From NCBI GenBank assembly GCA_038861545.1, contig JAWCCZ010000001.1, positions 480,001 through 544,000 of the forward strand: a DNA stretch of 64,000 nucleotides, given 5' to 3'. A program made the translations under genes and the position numbers. A model generated the notes under the pieces. The model had not been told where the DNA came from. It was given only the letters and a program-made list of their open reading frames with translations, and searched no databases. The stretch is from Thermofilaceae archaeon. Its GTDB lineage: Archaea > Thermoproteota > Thermoprotei > Thermofilales > Thermofilaceae. Shown piece after piece: positions 31,587 to 39,898 of this stretch. Positions within the stretch are counted from its first letter, which is position 1. Every line of letters begins with the position of its first letter.

Positions 31587-32368
31587 CCAGCCACCTCTTC
31601 GAACCTTATAATCCCTCTTCTCTCTAAAGCTAAGATTCCGCTAAACCTTTCTCGCATAGTAACTGGGTCTTGCGCCAGAACCGCGTCAACAAGCCTCCAA
31701 CCGTCTAAGCCAGCGGCCCAATCTATGATCCTGGGCGATATCCAGGGTAAACGGTTTACATACTCCTTGAAAAGTGCTACGGCACCAGTGTCGACTTTCA
31801 CTACAAGTTTCCTTGATTTGAATGCTAACTCGAAAAGTCTTACCATAAAGGGGGAAGGTTGAGTGCTGATGCTAGCGTCGAGGAGCAGCGTGGAAAGCAG
31901 TATCGTGCCAAGGTCTGCTGTAGGCACTTTAGCCAAGCCTTTAAGGTACCCTCTAGCCCACTCAACGGCTGTTTTCGCCAAATCGAGATTCGAAAGCTCA
32001 AGCTCAAGCTCCGAATTTTCCTCGGAAATCTTAAGCGCGGTACCCATACTCCTCCTGTAGCACTCAATCATACCTCCACCGGTTGAGAGCCTGAAACCGT
32101 TGATGTGACTCATATAATTCAAGTAAGCCGGATTAACCCTAAGTGTCTCGCCTTTCTGTAGAGTTCTGAAAACTCTAATCCCTCTATCATGTCCCTCAGC
32201 GTCAACATATACGACAAAGACATGGTCACCATGATAGTCTGCAACACCTACTAAGCCGGTAGGGCTAGATAGAGCTGCCGTCAACGTAGTTGCGTCTAGT
32301 ACGAACTCTACACCCTTCCCGCAATCTGGACACGTGAGCTTTAAGACACGGACAGCTCTTGTGGCCAA
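31583..32368 (-). CDS. Zn-finger (CxxC...HxxH) protein with C-terminal wHTH-like end
   Basis: CPDCGK...YHGDHVFVVYVDAEGHDRG; C-terminus ILALERRGIIRF. Confidence 0.6.
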   Translation of the reverse strand: MATRAVRVLKLTCPDCGKGVEFVLDATTLTAALSSPTGLVGVADYHGDHVFVVYVDAEGHDRGIRVFRTLQKGETLRVNPAYLNYMSHINGFRLSTGGGMIECYRRSMGTALKISEENSELELELSNLDLAKTAVEWARGYLKGLAKVPTADLGTILLSTLLLDASISTQPSPFMVRLFELAFKSRKLVVKVDTGAVALFKEYVNRLPWISPRIIDWAAGLDGWRLVDAVLAQDPVTMRERFSGILALERRGIIRFEEVAG

Positions 32369-32874
32369 TTTCCCACCCCCGATAGAAACTCAGCTAGGGC
32401 AAGGAAGGGGACATCCGTATTAGCTCCATCTTTAGCTGAAGTTTCAAAATAAGCTAGAAAACCTCTTCGCGTTGCATAATCTTCTGCCCGCTCGCGTGGA
32501 ATAACCCTATAAGTTGTCATATCCACCTTGTTTCCAACAAGGACGCGCGGTAAATCACCTACCACGTCAAGAACCACAGTAAGCCAGTCCTCTAAGTGCT
32601 CGAAAGTTTCCTCCCTCGTTACATCAAATACAAAAACAGCTCCTCTAGCGCCTTTCAGGAACACTGGGGCGAGAAAGCGGAAACGCTCTTCTCCCCCTAA
32701 ATCCCATACTATAAGTTTAATCGGCCCGTCGTTAGTTGGCAACTCTCTCACGTGGTGGGAAACCCCAACTGTAAGTTTTTGCATTGGGTTGAAAGGGGAA
32801 CCAATGAACCTGCTGACTAAGCTCGTTTTTCCCACCCCGCCGTCCCCACACATAACAATTTTAAATGCCTTCAT
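32341..32874 (-). CDS. Rab-like (Ras superfamily) small GTPase
   Basis: G1 GDGGVGKTS, G2 LTVGV, G3 WDLGGEERF, FLKGA, FVFDVT, G4 NKVD, G5 ETSAK. Confidence 0.95.
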   Translation of the reverse strand: MKAFKIVMCGDGGVGKTSLVSRFIGSPFNPMQKLTVGVSHHVRELPTNDGPIKLIVWDLGGEERFRFLAPVFLKGARGAVFVFDVTREETFEHLEDWLTVVLDVVGDLPRVLVGNKVDMTTYRVIPRERAEDYATRRGFLAYFETSAKDGANTDVPFLALAEFLSGVGNWPQELSVS

Positions 32875-32879
32875 AGACC

Positions 32880-33251
32880 CTAGGGTGAAAGCACCTTACT
32901 TAAACGTTCTCCGGCGGACTCCGCCTGCCAAAGTGCATATCCGAGCTTGGATTCAGCACCGATCAGCATTACGAGCACGAAATCCCTACTCAGGCTCTTA
33001 ATTAACAATATCCCCTTATCGCTTTTAACCGCGAGGTATGCCATGCTACCCCCCCTGAGCTCCTTAATTACTTGCTCAGCCACGCCTTGGAGGGTTGCTG
33101 CCATCGCGGAGACTTTCAGTTCATCGGCTTCTTTCATAAGGGAAACCACCGGCATGCCGTCACTGGTGACAACCGCAACAGCATCTAGCCCTGGATTATC
33201 TTTCCGCATACCCTCCAGAATATCGTTTAGGGCCTCGTATCTACCCTTCAA
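32880..33251 (-). CDS. Roadblock/LC7 (MglB-like) protein
   Basis: AVAVVTSDGMPVVS, VSAMAATL, KLGYAL. Confidence 0.92.
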   Translation of the reverse strand: MKGRYEALNDILEGMRKDNPGLDAVAVVTSDGMPVVSLMKEADELKVSAMAATLQGVAEQVIKELRGGSMAYLAVKSDKGILLIKSLSRDFVLVMLIGAESKLGYALWQAESAGERLSKVLSP

Positions 33252-33364
33252 ACGGACCCCTAGATAAGGGTTAAATTACGGATTAAATATGTTTCGGTTG
33301 ATTAACCCATGTTAAATCAGCAACTGTCGATGTAATCAAGCGGGATTTACTTAAGGCCTGTTTT

Positions 33365-34339
33365 CTATGCTTTCAAGATAAAGGCGGGCGCCGGATGCCT
33401 CATTCGCTTTTCAATGCGCCATCCAGCGGTTTTAATCCAATCGTTTAACTGCTCCATCGTCGGCAGTATACTGGATCCCAGAAGGTAAGTTAAAGGAGCA
33501 AGCACCAGGCTAAGCTTCGTATCTAAGACTCCCTGAGTTAGCAAAGCGTTAGGTGTGACTTCTCTAACAGAGTTCAGAATTGTAAGTGGGTCGCTGCACC
33601 AGTGTAGAATGTTAATCATGACCGCGAAGTCAGCACTCTTAACAACCCTATGAATTTCCTCCCCCCTTCCCACTCTAACTTCTAACCTATCGCTTAGACC
33701 GAGAACCTCGGCGTAGCTCTTCGCAACTTCTAGGTTCGGCTGATAGGGGTCCACAGCGATTACGCGGCTACCCGGGACAAGCCTGAGAATCGTTATAGAT
33801 GAAAGCCCGATCCCTGCACCTACGTCCACGACCAACGAACCTGGCGGAATGTTCGCCCATTTTACTACTAGTTCCCTTAACCGATCGTAACCCAGGTTAT
33901 CTAAGAAACGCCCGAACACGGCTCTGCTTTCCGCTCCGGCTGAGCTGCGGGCCATAAACCTTTCTCCGCTCATCAGCGAGTCCGGGAGGGTAGCGTAAAC
34001 CCTGTCGATAACCGGCTTAAATGACACGAGATACCTGTTAGTTACTGGGGGAGGGTTACCAGATGTGCTTAGCCACTTCAACCTATCTGCCTCCCACCGG
34101 GCTAAGCCCTCGGCCTCCATTATGTCTCCGATAAGTTTAGCAAAACTCGGATCGGGGAACTCATGGAAAGGTTTTCTCTCCATCTCTTTATCGACCCCGG
34201 ATTCTTCCAGCACTTGACGCGCTTTCCAAACAGCGTACCGCTCAGTCTCTCTTACAGCTTGCAGCATCTCACGCCCCTCTTTGCTGCCGATCATCTTTAG
34301 CGTGAACGAGATAAAAGATAACTCCGGCATCCTAACCAC
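33365..34339 (-). CDS. Class I SAM-dependent methyltransferase with N-terminal helical domain
   Basis: VVDVGAGIG, VIAVDPY, ILHW. Confidence 0.85.
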   Translation of the reverse strand: MVRMPELSFISFTLKMIGSKEGREMLQAVRETERYAVWKARQVLEESGVDKEMERKPFHEFPDPSFAKLIGDIMEAEGLARWEADRLKWLSTSGNPPPVTNRYLVSFKPVIDRVYATLPDSLMSGERFMARSSAGAESRAVFGRFLDNLGYDRLRELVVKWANIPPGSLVVDVGAGIGLSSITILRLVPGSRVIAVDPYQPNLEVAKSYAEVLGLSDRLEVRVGRGEEIHRVVKSADFAVMINILHWCSDPLTILNSVREVTPNALLTQGVLDTKLSLVLAPLTYLLGSSILPTMEQLNDWIKTAGWRIEKRMRHPAPAFILKA

Positions 34340-34703
34340 CCTCAGGTTCTAGAACACCAAGCTTAAGCAGGGCTTCCACGGCTTTTCTCACCTCCGGCGT
34401 TAGTTCGCCTTCACCTCTTAACGCCGCGATAACCTGTTCTCTCATACGCTCTAGCATGGAAGGCCAGAGCTCCGGTCTCGCTAACCTAAGCCTTCCAGGT
34501 TTGTTCAAAGGTTCAGTAACCTCGATTGGCCGAATATCTCGTATATCTGCATTCATATCCGCGAGAATCAAAGTGTAGCCTCCGCATCCAGTGCACCGTA
34601 CAACTGTAGTTCCCTGCTTAACCTCAACCACGAGCGAGTTGTCACAGTGCGAGCACGGGATCTTAGCTATCCTGCCTTTTCCTCCAACTTCAACCACTTC
34701 CAT
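34332..34703 (-). CDS. Zn-ribbon (2x CxxC) protein with C-terminal wHTH-like end
   Basis: CSHC...CTGCGG, then ILADMNADIR; C-terminus VEALLKLGVLE. Confidence 0.65.
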   Translation of the reverse strand: MEVVEVGGKGRIAKIPCSHCDNSLVVEVKQGTTVVRCTGCGGYTLILADMNADIRDIRPIEVTEPLNKPGRLRLARPELWPSMLERMREQVIAALRGEGELTPEVRKAVEALLKLGVLEPEGG

Positions 34704-35028
34704 TATTCTCCCCCTCTTTTTTGAAAATTATTTTTAATTCCTCAAGCCAAAAATTAATGAAATTTTTATCATCGCGCTCAAAAGCGTTTAACAGCTCATC
34801 CGGCGGAACCCTGAACCCTCTCTCAGTCAGGATGCAAGCAACAAGTATGATAAACAACCTAGCATAGTCAAGGTCATTATCATATAAGCCAGCTAGCCGT
34901 TCCATAAACCTCCTAGGCGACTCTACAACCAGTGTATCAGGGTCACCCCACCCCTCTCTCTCAAACCCTCTTCTTACAAGCATTCCAGCCGGGTAAGCCA
35001 GGAAATCGAGAAGCTCAGTCAACCTCAT
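34690..35028 (-). CDS. Small helical protein, NitrOD5/DUF3227-like output domain
   Basis: ESPRRFMERLAGLY...ARLF pattern resembles the P..F...L..LFG family; assignment by eye only. Confidence 0.45.
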   Translation of the reverse strand: MRLTELLDFLAYPAGMLVRRGFEREGWGDPDTLVVESPRRFMERLAGLYDNDLDYARLFIILVACILTERGFRVPPDELLNAFERDDKNFINFWLEELKIIFKKEGENNGSG

Positions 35029-35029
35029 A

Positions 35030-36043
35030 TCACTTCACCTCTACCTCTTTCTGAAGTTTAACTACTTCACGTAGCAGGTACAGAAGCGGAGTAACTTTCA
35101 CGATGCCCGGTATCATTGTGAACTCTATCGCATCAATGTCCAGGTCACCTAGCGCTCTATACAATTCGGGCATTGCCGCACATGGTGGTTGGCCAGATAC
35201 CAAAGCCTTACTTAGGTCAATGTAAGCTGTGTGGAACCAAGGTAACTGAACCAATGTATTTGCAACAGCGTAAGCGTCTCTTCCTTCAACGTAAATCACC
35301 TTATACGGTGTGGAATCCAGCTTATCGTATACGCGTACCCTATTTCCCTCCCATAAATTAAGCAAATGATCTTTGAAATGTTTGCTAAGTACCCGGCGTG
35401 GAACTTTTTTCTCAAAGTATTTTTCGCTTTCTCTTTCAGCTTCTCTCATGGAAGAGAAAGGCCATTTAAACTTCATTGATAGAATTAAAAGGTCAACGTC
35501 ATCGAGTAGTATATTTTTCTCGGATAGGGAAAGCTGCGGCCCTCTCTCTTTTTCACCCTTTTGTAGATATATTTCAGGGATTTTCCCATACAGTTTTCCA
35601 TTCGTGTACATTGTTAGCTTAGATTTTGGACTCCACCATGCTCTTTTTACGGCTCTAACTACTAAGGCGTTATCCTCAAAGTTTGATAGCCAGTTTTCAA
35701 TAACTTCGTTTGCTACTGGCAATAGTCCAACGTAAAGGTAGTAACGACCTCCCATGATGCGCAGTTCCCTTGTAGACTCATAGTAAGGTAATTTTTCTAT
35801 ATACTTTTTACTGATAACTGCTATGTTTAAAAGTCCAGCTTTCTCCAGTTTTATTTCAAATCTTAAAGAAACATTTTTGGAAACATTAAATTGGGAGAGT
35901 AAACGGGAAACCGTGTATGGTGGTAAGCCGGATTTTTTCACCACTTCGGATATCGTAAGCGAATCTTCCACTGCTTGTATAACTTTCCATTCATCTTCTC
36001 TTATGTTAAGAAATGGGAAAAATTTTTCTGATATAGTCCTCAC
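35030..36043 (-). CDS. Tandem Lrp/AsnC-like HTH transcriptional regulator
   Basis: First HTH TISEVVKKSGLPPYTVSRLL...IKLEKAGL; second HTH LDDVDLLIL...VPRRVLSKHF..HL. Confidence 0.7.
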   Translation of the reverse strand: MRTISEKFFPFLNIREDEWKVIQAVEDSLTISEVVKKSGLPPYTVSRLLSQFNVSKNVSLRFEIKLEKAGLLNIAVISKKYIEKLPYYESTRELRIMGGRYYLYVGLLPVANEVIENWLSNFEDNALVVRAVKRAWWSPKSKLTMYTNGKLYGKIPEIYLQKGEKERGPQLSLSEKNILLDDVDLLILSMKFKWPFSSMREAERESEKYFEKKVPRRVLSKHFKDHLLNLWEGNRVRVYDKLDSTPYKVIYVEGRDAYAVANTLVQLPWFHTAYIDLSKALVSGQPPCAAMPELYRALGDLDIDAIEFTMIPGIVKVTPLLYLLREVVKLQKEVEVK

Positions 36044-36077
36044 CTGAATTTCTTTGTTTTGACCACTTATTTTTATC

Positions 36078-36233
36078 TTAAAGTGGGTCTATGTCAGGCG
36101 CAGGCACTCCTCCTGGCGGGGGTGGAGGCTCGGGAGCAACAATGCTCTTAGAAATTACGAACGCAGCTAGCGCAAGCACTAGCGCAAGCAGCTTCCACTT
36201 GTAAATTTTCAGTACGTATTTTATGGTTCTCAT
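36078..36233 (-). CDS. 51-aa hydrophobic, proline-rich micropeptide (not in ORF track)
   Basis: Manual translation MRTIKYVLKIYKWKLLALVLALAAFVISKSIVAPEPPPPPGGVPAPDIDPL*; basic N-region plus hydrophobic core; TTTAAGTA box 24 nt upstream; stop 34 nt before the next gene. Confidence 0.7.
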   Translation of the reverse strand: MRTIKYVLKIYKWKLLALVLALAAFVISKSIVAPEPPPPPGGVPAPDIDPL

Positions 36234-36264
36234 CAATAATTAGGTGAAAACTGTGATACTTAAA

Positions 36265-36318
36265 CTTTACGCCATTTTTGCAGTCACACATTGATATAGT
36301 TGCAAAAATGGCGTAAAG
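36265..36318. promoter_or_regulatory. Perfect 18-bp inverted repeat (18-nt spacer), candidate operator
   Basis: CTTTACGCCATTTTTGCA (36265-36282) and TGCAAAAATGGCGTAAAG (36301-36318) are exact reverse complements; the left arm abuts the minus-strand TATA box at 36257-36264. Confidence 0.8.
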
Positions 36319-36507
36319 AACTTGCAGGCAGCAGCGGACTCGTACATTTGCCTCAACTGTATGTTTACTATTTAAACTAAATAGTTGAAATTTTCAAATG
36401 AAAACTTGGGATTTATATTTCAGTTTCTAAGTGTTACATAGGCACTCTTCGAAGATATTCGATGATTGTAAAGTTGGACTTTTAAGGTAATTGGTAGCTA
36501 GTATCGA

Positions 36508-37251
36508 GTGCGTAATTTTACCTTATCGGATTTCAGGGAGAGGGAGATTTTAAGAAAACTGGCCCACATTATCTTATCGCTCCTAATGATTATACCTCTC
36601 TCTCCGAAGTATAGTTTACCAATTACCGGCTTTGGGACCTTTGACAATGCTTTAACGACTTACACAGCAGCATTAGTTACAGTACTATTTGTTACGAGCT
36701 TACAGGTTAAAAAGCCAGAGCTGCGCGAGGCTATGCTTAGATTGTCAAGAGAAGCCAGAAAGTCGGTTTTACAACATCTCCGCGAGGTTATCCCGAATCA
36801 GGAACTAGTTGAAGGCGTGGAGCAGGCTTTAGATAGAGCTGAATCCGGTTTTCTCTCTATTATTGAATCTATTGAACGAGATTATGAGCGCAGGTACGGG
36901 TATATAGCGGCTGTTTGTGGTCTCACAGGTGTGACAGCGAGCTACATTTTTTTCGGTAGAGAAGCAACACTTCGGGGAATTCTCGCACTAGCGGTAGTGG
37001 ACCCGGTTGCATCAATAACTACGCTTTACTCTCCAGTTCAAGGTAGAATTTTAAAACATAATGTATTTTCGCCCTTCGCCTCTTTTCTAGTTTACTTCCT
37101 AATTTTGATAATTATGGGAGAGAGTATAATAACTGCCTTAATACTGGGGTTAGCTTCTTCAACTGTAGAGCTCCTATCTCTTGAGGATAACCTTACGTTA
37201 CCATTAGGTGCGGCATCACTATATATTCTCTGCGTGAAAATAGGGTTATAG
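36508..37251 (+). CDS. Dolichol/phytol kinase-like (CTP-dependent) membrane protein
   Basis: EILRKLAH, LAVVDPVASI, VELL..EDNLTLPL motifs. Confidence 0.7.
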   Translation: MRNFTLSDFREREILRKLAHIILSLLMIIPLSPKYSLPITGFGTFDNALTTYTAALVTVLFVTSLQVKKPELREAMLRLSREARKSVLQHLREVIPNQELVEGVEQALDRAESGFLSIIESIERDYERRYGYIAAVCGLTGVTASYIFFGREATLRGILALAVVDPVASITTLYSPVQGRILKHNVFSPFASFLVYFLILIIMGESIITALILGLASSTVELLSLEDNLTLPLGAASLYILCVKIGL

Positions 37252-37345
37252 GCGTTTTTACCGTAAATCAGCTCTCATGTTTCCTCGCTTTTCAGGCTTA
37301 GTAAACGTCATCATTAGGGATGCATTAAGGCTATTTCCCTTAGAG

Positions 37346-37639
37346 TTAGGCATCATCTATTGCGTTAGTTTTGGAGTGTTCCCTCAACTCTTTAATCCAA
37401 ATTCTCCATAAGAGGAATGTTATAATTATTAGTATTAGAGTGAGGAGAGTCGCTATAACGAAAAAAGAAGGGGCGAGCTCACCGGCGCCAATACATATCG
37501 GTATTGGGATGAAGATGCAGCCCACGATCCCTCTAACCGAGCCGGTACTTGCTAAGTAAATTACAGTCAAGACAACTAGCGCGAAGCCTGTTAATATTAA
37601 CGCGAAAGCGATTTTTTCTACTTGCATTATATCTCTCAC
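37346..37639 (-). CDS. DUF131-like small membrane protein
   Basis: GIVGCIFIPIPICIG; paralogue of the adjacent gene. Confidence 0.55.
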   Translation of the reverse strand: MRDIMQVEKIAFALILTGFALVVLTVIYLASTGSVRGIVGCIFIPIPICIGAGELAPSFFVIATLLTLILIIITFLLWRIWIKELREHSKTNAIDDA

Positions 37640-37899
37640 CTCAGTAACCAGCCGATCAGTAAGAATACCGCAACGCTGAACGCTGTGAAAAGGATAGCTA
37701 TGGCGATCAGCGACCTGGCAACTTTCTCACTGGTTCCGATGACTAAGGGTACCGGTCCTATTATCAGAACAGCCCCTCCTTCAATGCGTCTAGCATTCTG
37801 CACAGCTTTAAGCGTGGAAAGAAGTAGGAGGAGTACACCCGCTAATATTAGTATAAAAGCCGCTGTAAATAGCAATAAAGTTATGGGTACAGTCTCCAT
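37636..37899 (-). CDS. DUF131 family membrane protein
   Basis: EGGAVLIIGPVPLVIGT signature. Confidence 0.85.
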   Translation of the reverse strand: METVPITLLLFTAAFILILAGVLLLLLSTLKAVQNARRIEGGAVLIIGPVPLVIGTSEKVARSLIAIAILFTAFSVAVFLLIGWLLR

Positions 37900-37994
37900 A
37901 CAATAGCGAAATATTCTACAGCTTTATAATCTTTAACGCGCGTAGAAAGTTCAATGGAAATAGCTGTTAAACGCGGAAAAATTAAGGAAGGTTA

Positions 37995-39368
37995 CTATCT
38001 AAAGTGTTGAGCCATTTCCTTGTTCTCGGGAATTGAGAGGATGTTAGCGATAATCGAGTCGACTTGTTCGTTAGATTTAGTTCTCGGGTCGACGATAAGC
38101 CAATCGAATAGCAAATCTCTCCCTCCTTCGAGGAAAGCTTCTAGCGCCCATTCCATTCTTATCATCCTAGGCCAAATGACATGCTTCATAATACGTCTAG
38201 GCAACCGTAGACCATAAACCCTGCGAACTCCTCTTCCGTCAACGTAAGCCGGCACCTCTACGGCAACATCGTCAGGTATACTGACGATAGAGCCCTGGTT
38301 GGGTATGTTTACCTGGTACAACCCTCTTCTATCGTTTACCAGCGAATCCATTAATGGTGCTATCGATTCAAGGCTCCTTTTAGGTGGTAGCAAGTCAGTT
38401 AGAGGCGTTTTAACGTCAGCTGCAGCTTCCTTAAACATATCGACGGTTTTCGATTGCCAATCTAGGTATACTTTCCAGCCGATCTCGCTGTCAGGCCCTC
38501 CTGTAGGGCCAAACCATTTCTGCTTTGTTTTTAAATCCCAGTGGTACTTCCACGTACCGCCTCTAACGGCGTCGCCTACCGGGAACAACCCGTAAATTTT
38601 ATACATATCAACAGCTGCGGGCGACATCTGGATATCGAAGGGGTTCGCTTGATGTTCTCTCCATTTCCTCCAGTACTCCTCAGCTTTCTTTGTTATCCAT
38701 TCGTCGATTAACGGGTACGCATCCTCTCCCTTATACTCAAATCTTGTAAGCCAAATTACATGGTTAAACCCGATAGCTTCAAACTCCACCTTATCCGGAT
38801 CTAAGCCAAGTGCACCAGCAATTTCCCTGTAGCCGAGGTGTCCATGACAAAGCCCAATAACTTTTACTTTAGTTTTTCTGCTAATTAAGGTTGTTAACTC
38901 GAATACAGGGTTAGCCACTTGCAAAAGCCATGCCTCAGGGCTTAGGTCTTCGATGTCTCTCGCGATGTCCATTGCTAGTTTAAATTGATAGTAACCCCAT
39001 ATCGTGTGATAATCGGAAACCATGTTCCACTCTACGCTGTTGATCCCCCTATAGTAGCCATGCTTCTCCGATATTTCACGCATTTTCTCGTAGTATGAAT
39101 GGCCCATGGCCATCGCCGTATTTATGACGAAGTCTGCGCCCTCAATTGCTTTTTTCCTATCAGTTGCCACTTCAAACTTTAGGTCGGCTTTTACTTCCTT
39201 AGCATACCTTACCGCGAGCGAATGCACAAGCTTCAAGCGGTCCTCATTAATGTCCATCAGGTTGATTACGCTGCCATAAAGGCCAGGGGTGCAGCAAATA
39301 TCTCTAACAAGTGTAGCAGACCAAGCGACGCTGCCGGCGCCTATAACCGCTATTTTAGCTCCGGCCAT
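37995..39368 (-). CDS. NAD+-dependent alpha-glycosidase, GH4
   Basis: KIAVIGAGS, GADFVINT, ANP, GLCHGH, GFNH, NIPNQG. Confidence 0.92.
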   Translation of the reverse strand: MAGAKIAVIGAGSVAWSATLVRDICCTPGLYGSVINLMDINEDRLKLVHSLAVRYAKEVKADLKFEVATDRKKAIEGADFVINTAMAMGHSYYEKMREISEKHGYYRGINSVEWNMVSDYHTIWGYYQFKLAMDIARDIEDLSPEAWLLQVANPVFELTTLISRKTKVKVIGLCHGHLGYREIAGALGLDPDKVEFEAIGFNHVIWLTRFEYKGEDAYPLIDEWITKKAEEYWRKWREHQANPFDIQMSPAAVDMYKIYGLFPVGDAVRGGTWKYHWDLKTKQKWFGPTGGPDSEIGWKVYLDWQSKTVDMFKEAAADVKTPLTDLLPPKRSLESIAPLMDSLVNDRRGLYQVNIPNQGSIVSIPDDVAVEVPAYVDGRGVRRVYGLRLPRRIMKHVIWPRMIRMEWALEAFLEGGRDLLFDWLIVDPRTKSNEQVDSIIANILSIPENKEMAQHFR

Positions 39369-39717
39369 ACTATTTCATAGAACCATGGTATTTTAGAGTT
39401 GCTGCATCACCATAAATTAACACTGATCACAAGTTAAATATTAAACTTATTCTATTATTTAATTTAGAAATAAGTTTCAGAAACTTAATAAAGAGAACGC
39501 TAAAAACCAATGAATTGTGAGGAGAACAGGAGTAGAGAGTTCTAAGCTTATCTACAAATCTCTACTTATGCATAGTATAGTACCTTGGGCGCATGCATAA
39601 CTTTTACCTGAAAATTATCCTGAGGGAGCAACTAGTGTAACCGGTGACACTAAAGTCGGAAACGTAATGAAAGCTAAGCAGTTTAGCATTTTCAACCTAG
39701 CGTGACGAAGGGCATCG

Positions 39718-39898
39718 AAATTCTACAAGAGGTTGCACTTGGTTCTTAAAAAAGTTATAGGGTCTTCTACTACACAGGTTGGCCGGGGAAGCACCGAGGT
39801 TTAAACGTGTAAGCTGGCATGGCTAAAAAACTGATAGTGACTGGATTCAAGGTTCTGGAAGTTATGAAAGGATACAGCATACTGACCCGAACATTGTA
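39718..39898 (+). pseudogene. Decayed C-terminal fragment of an archaeal COG2521-like methyltransferase
   Basis: KFYKRLHLVLKK, frameshift, RVFYYTGWPGKHRGLNV*AGMAKKLIVTGFKV resembles FY.ELYR.LK.GG.LFHY.G.PG..RG....GVA.RL...GF. Confidence 0.4.
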
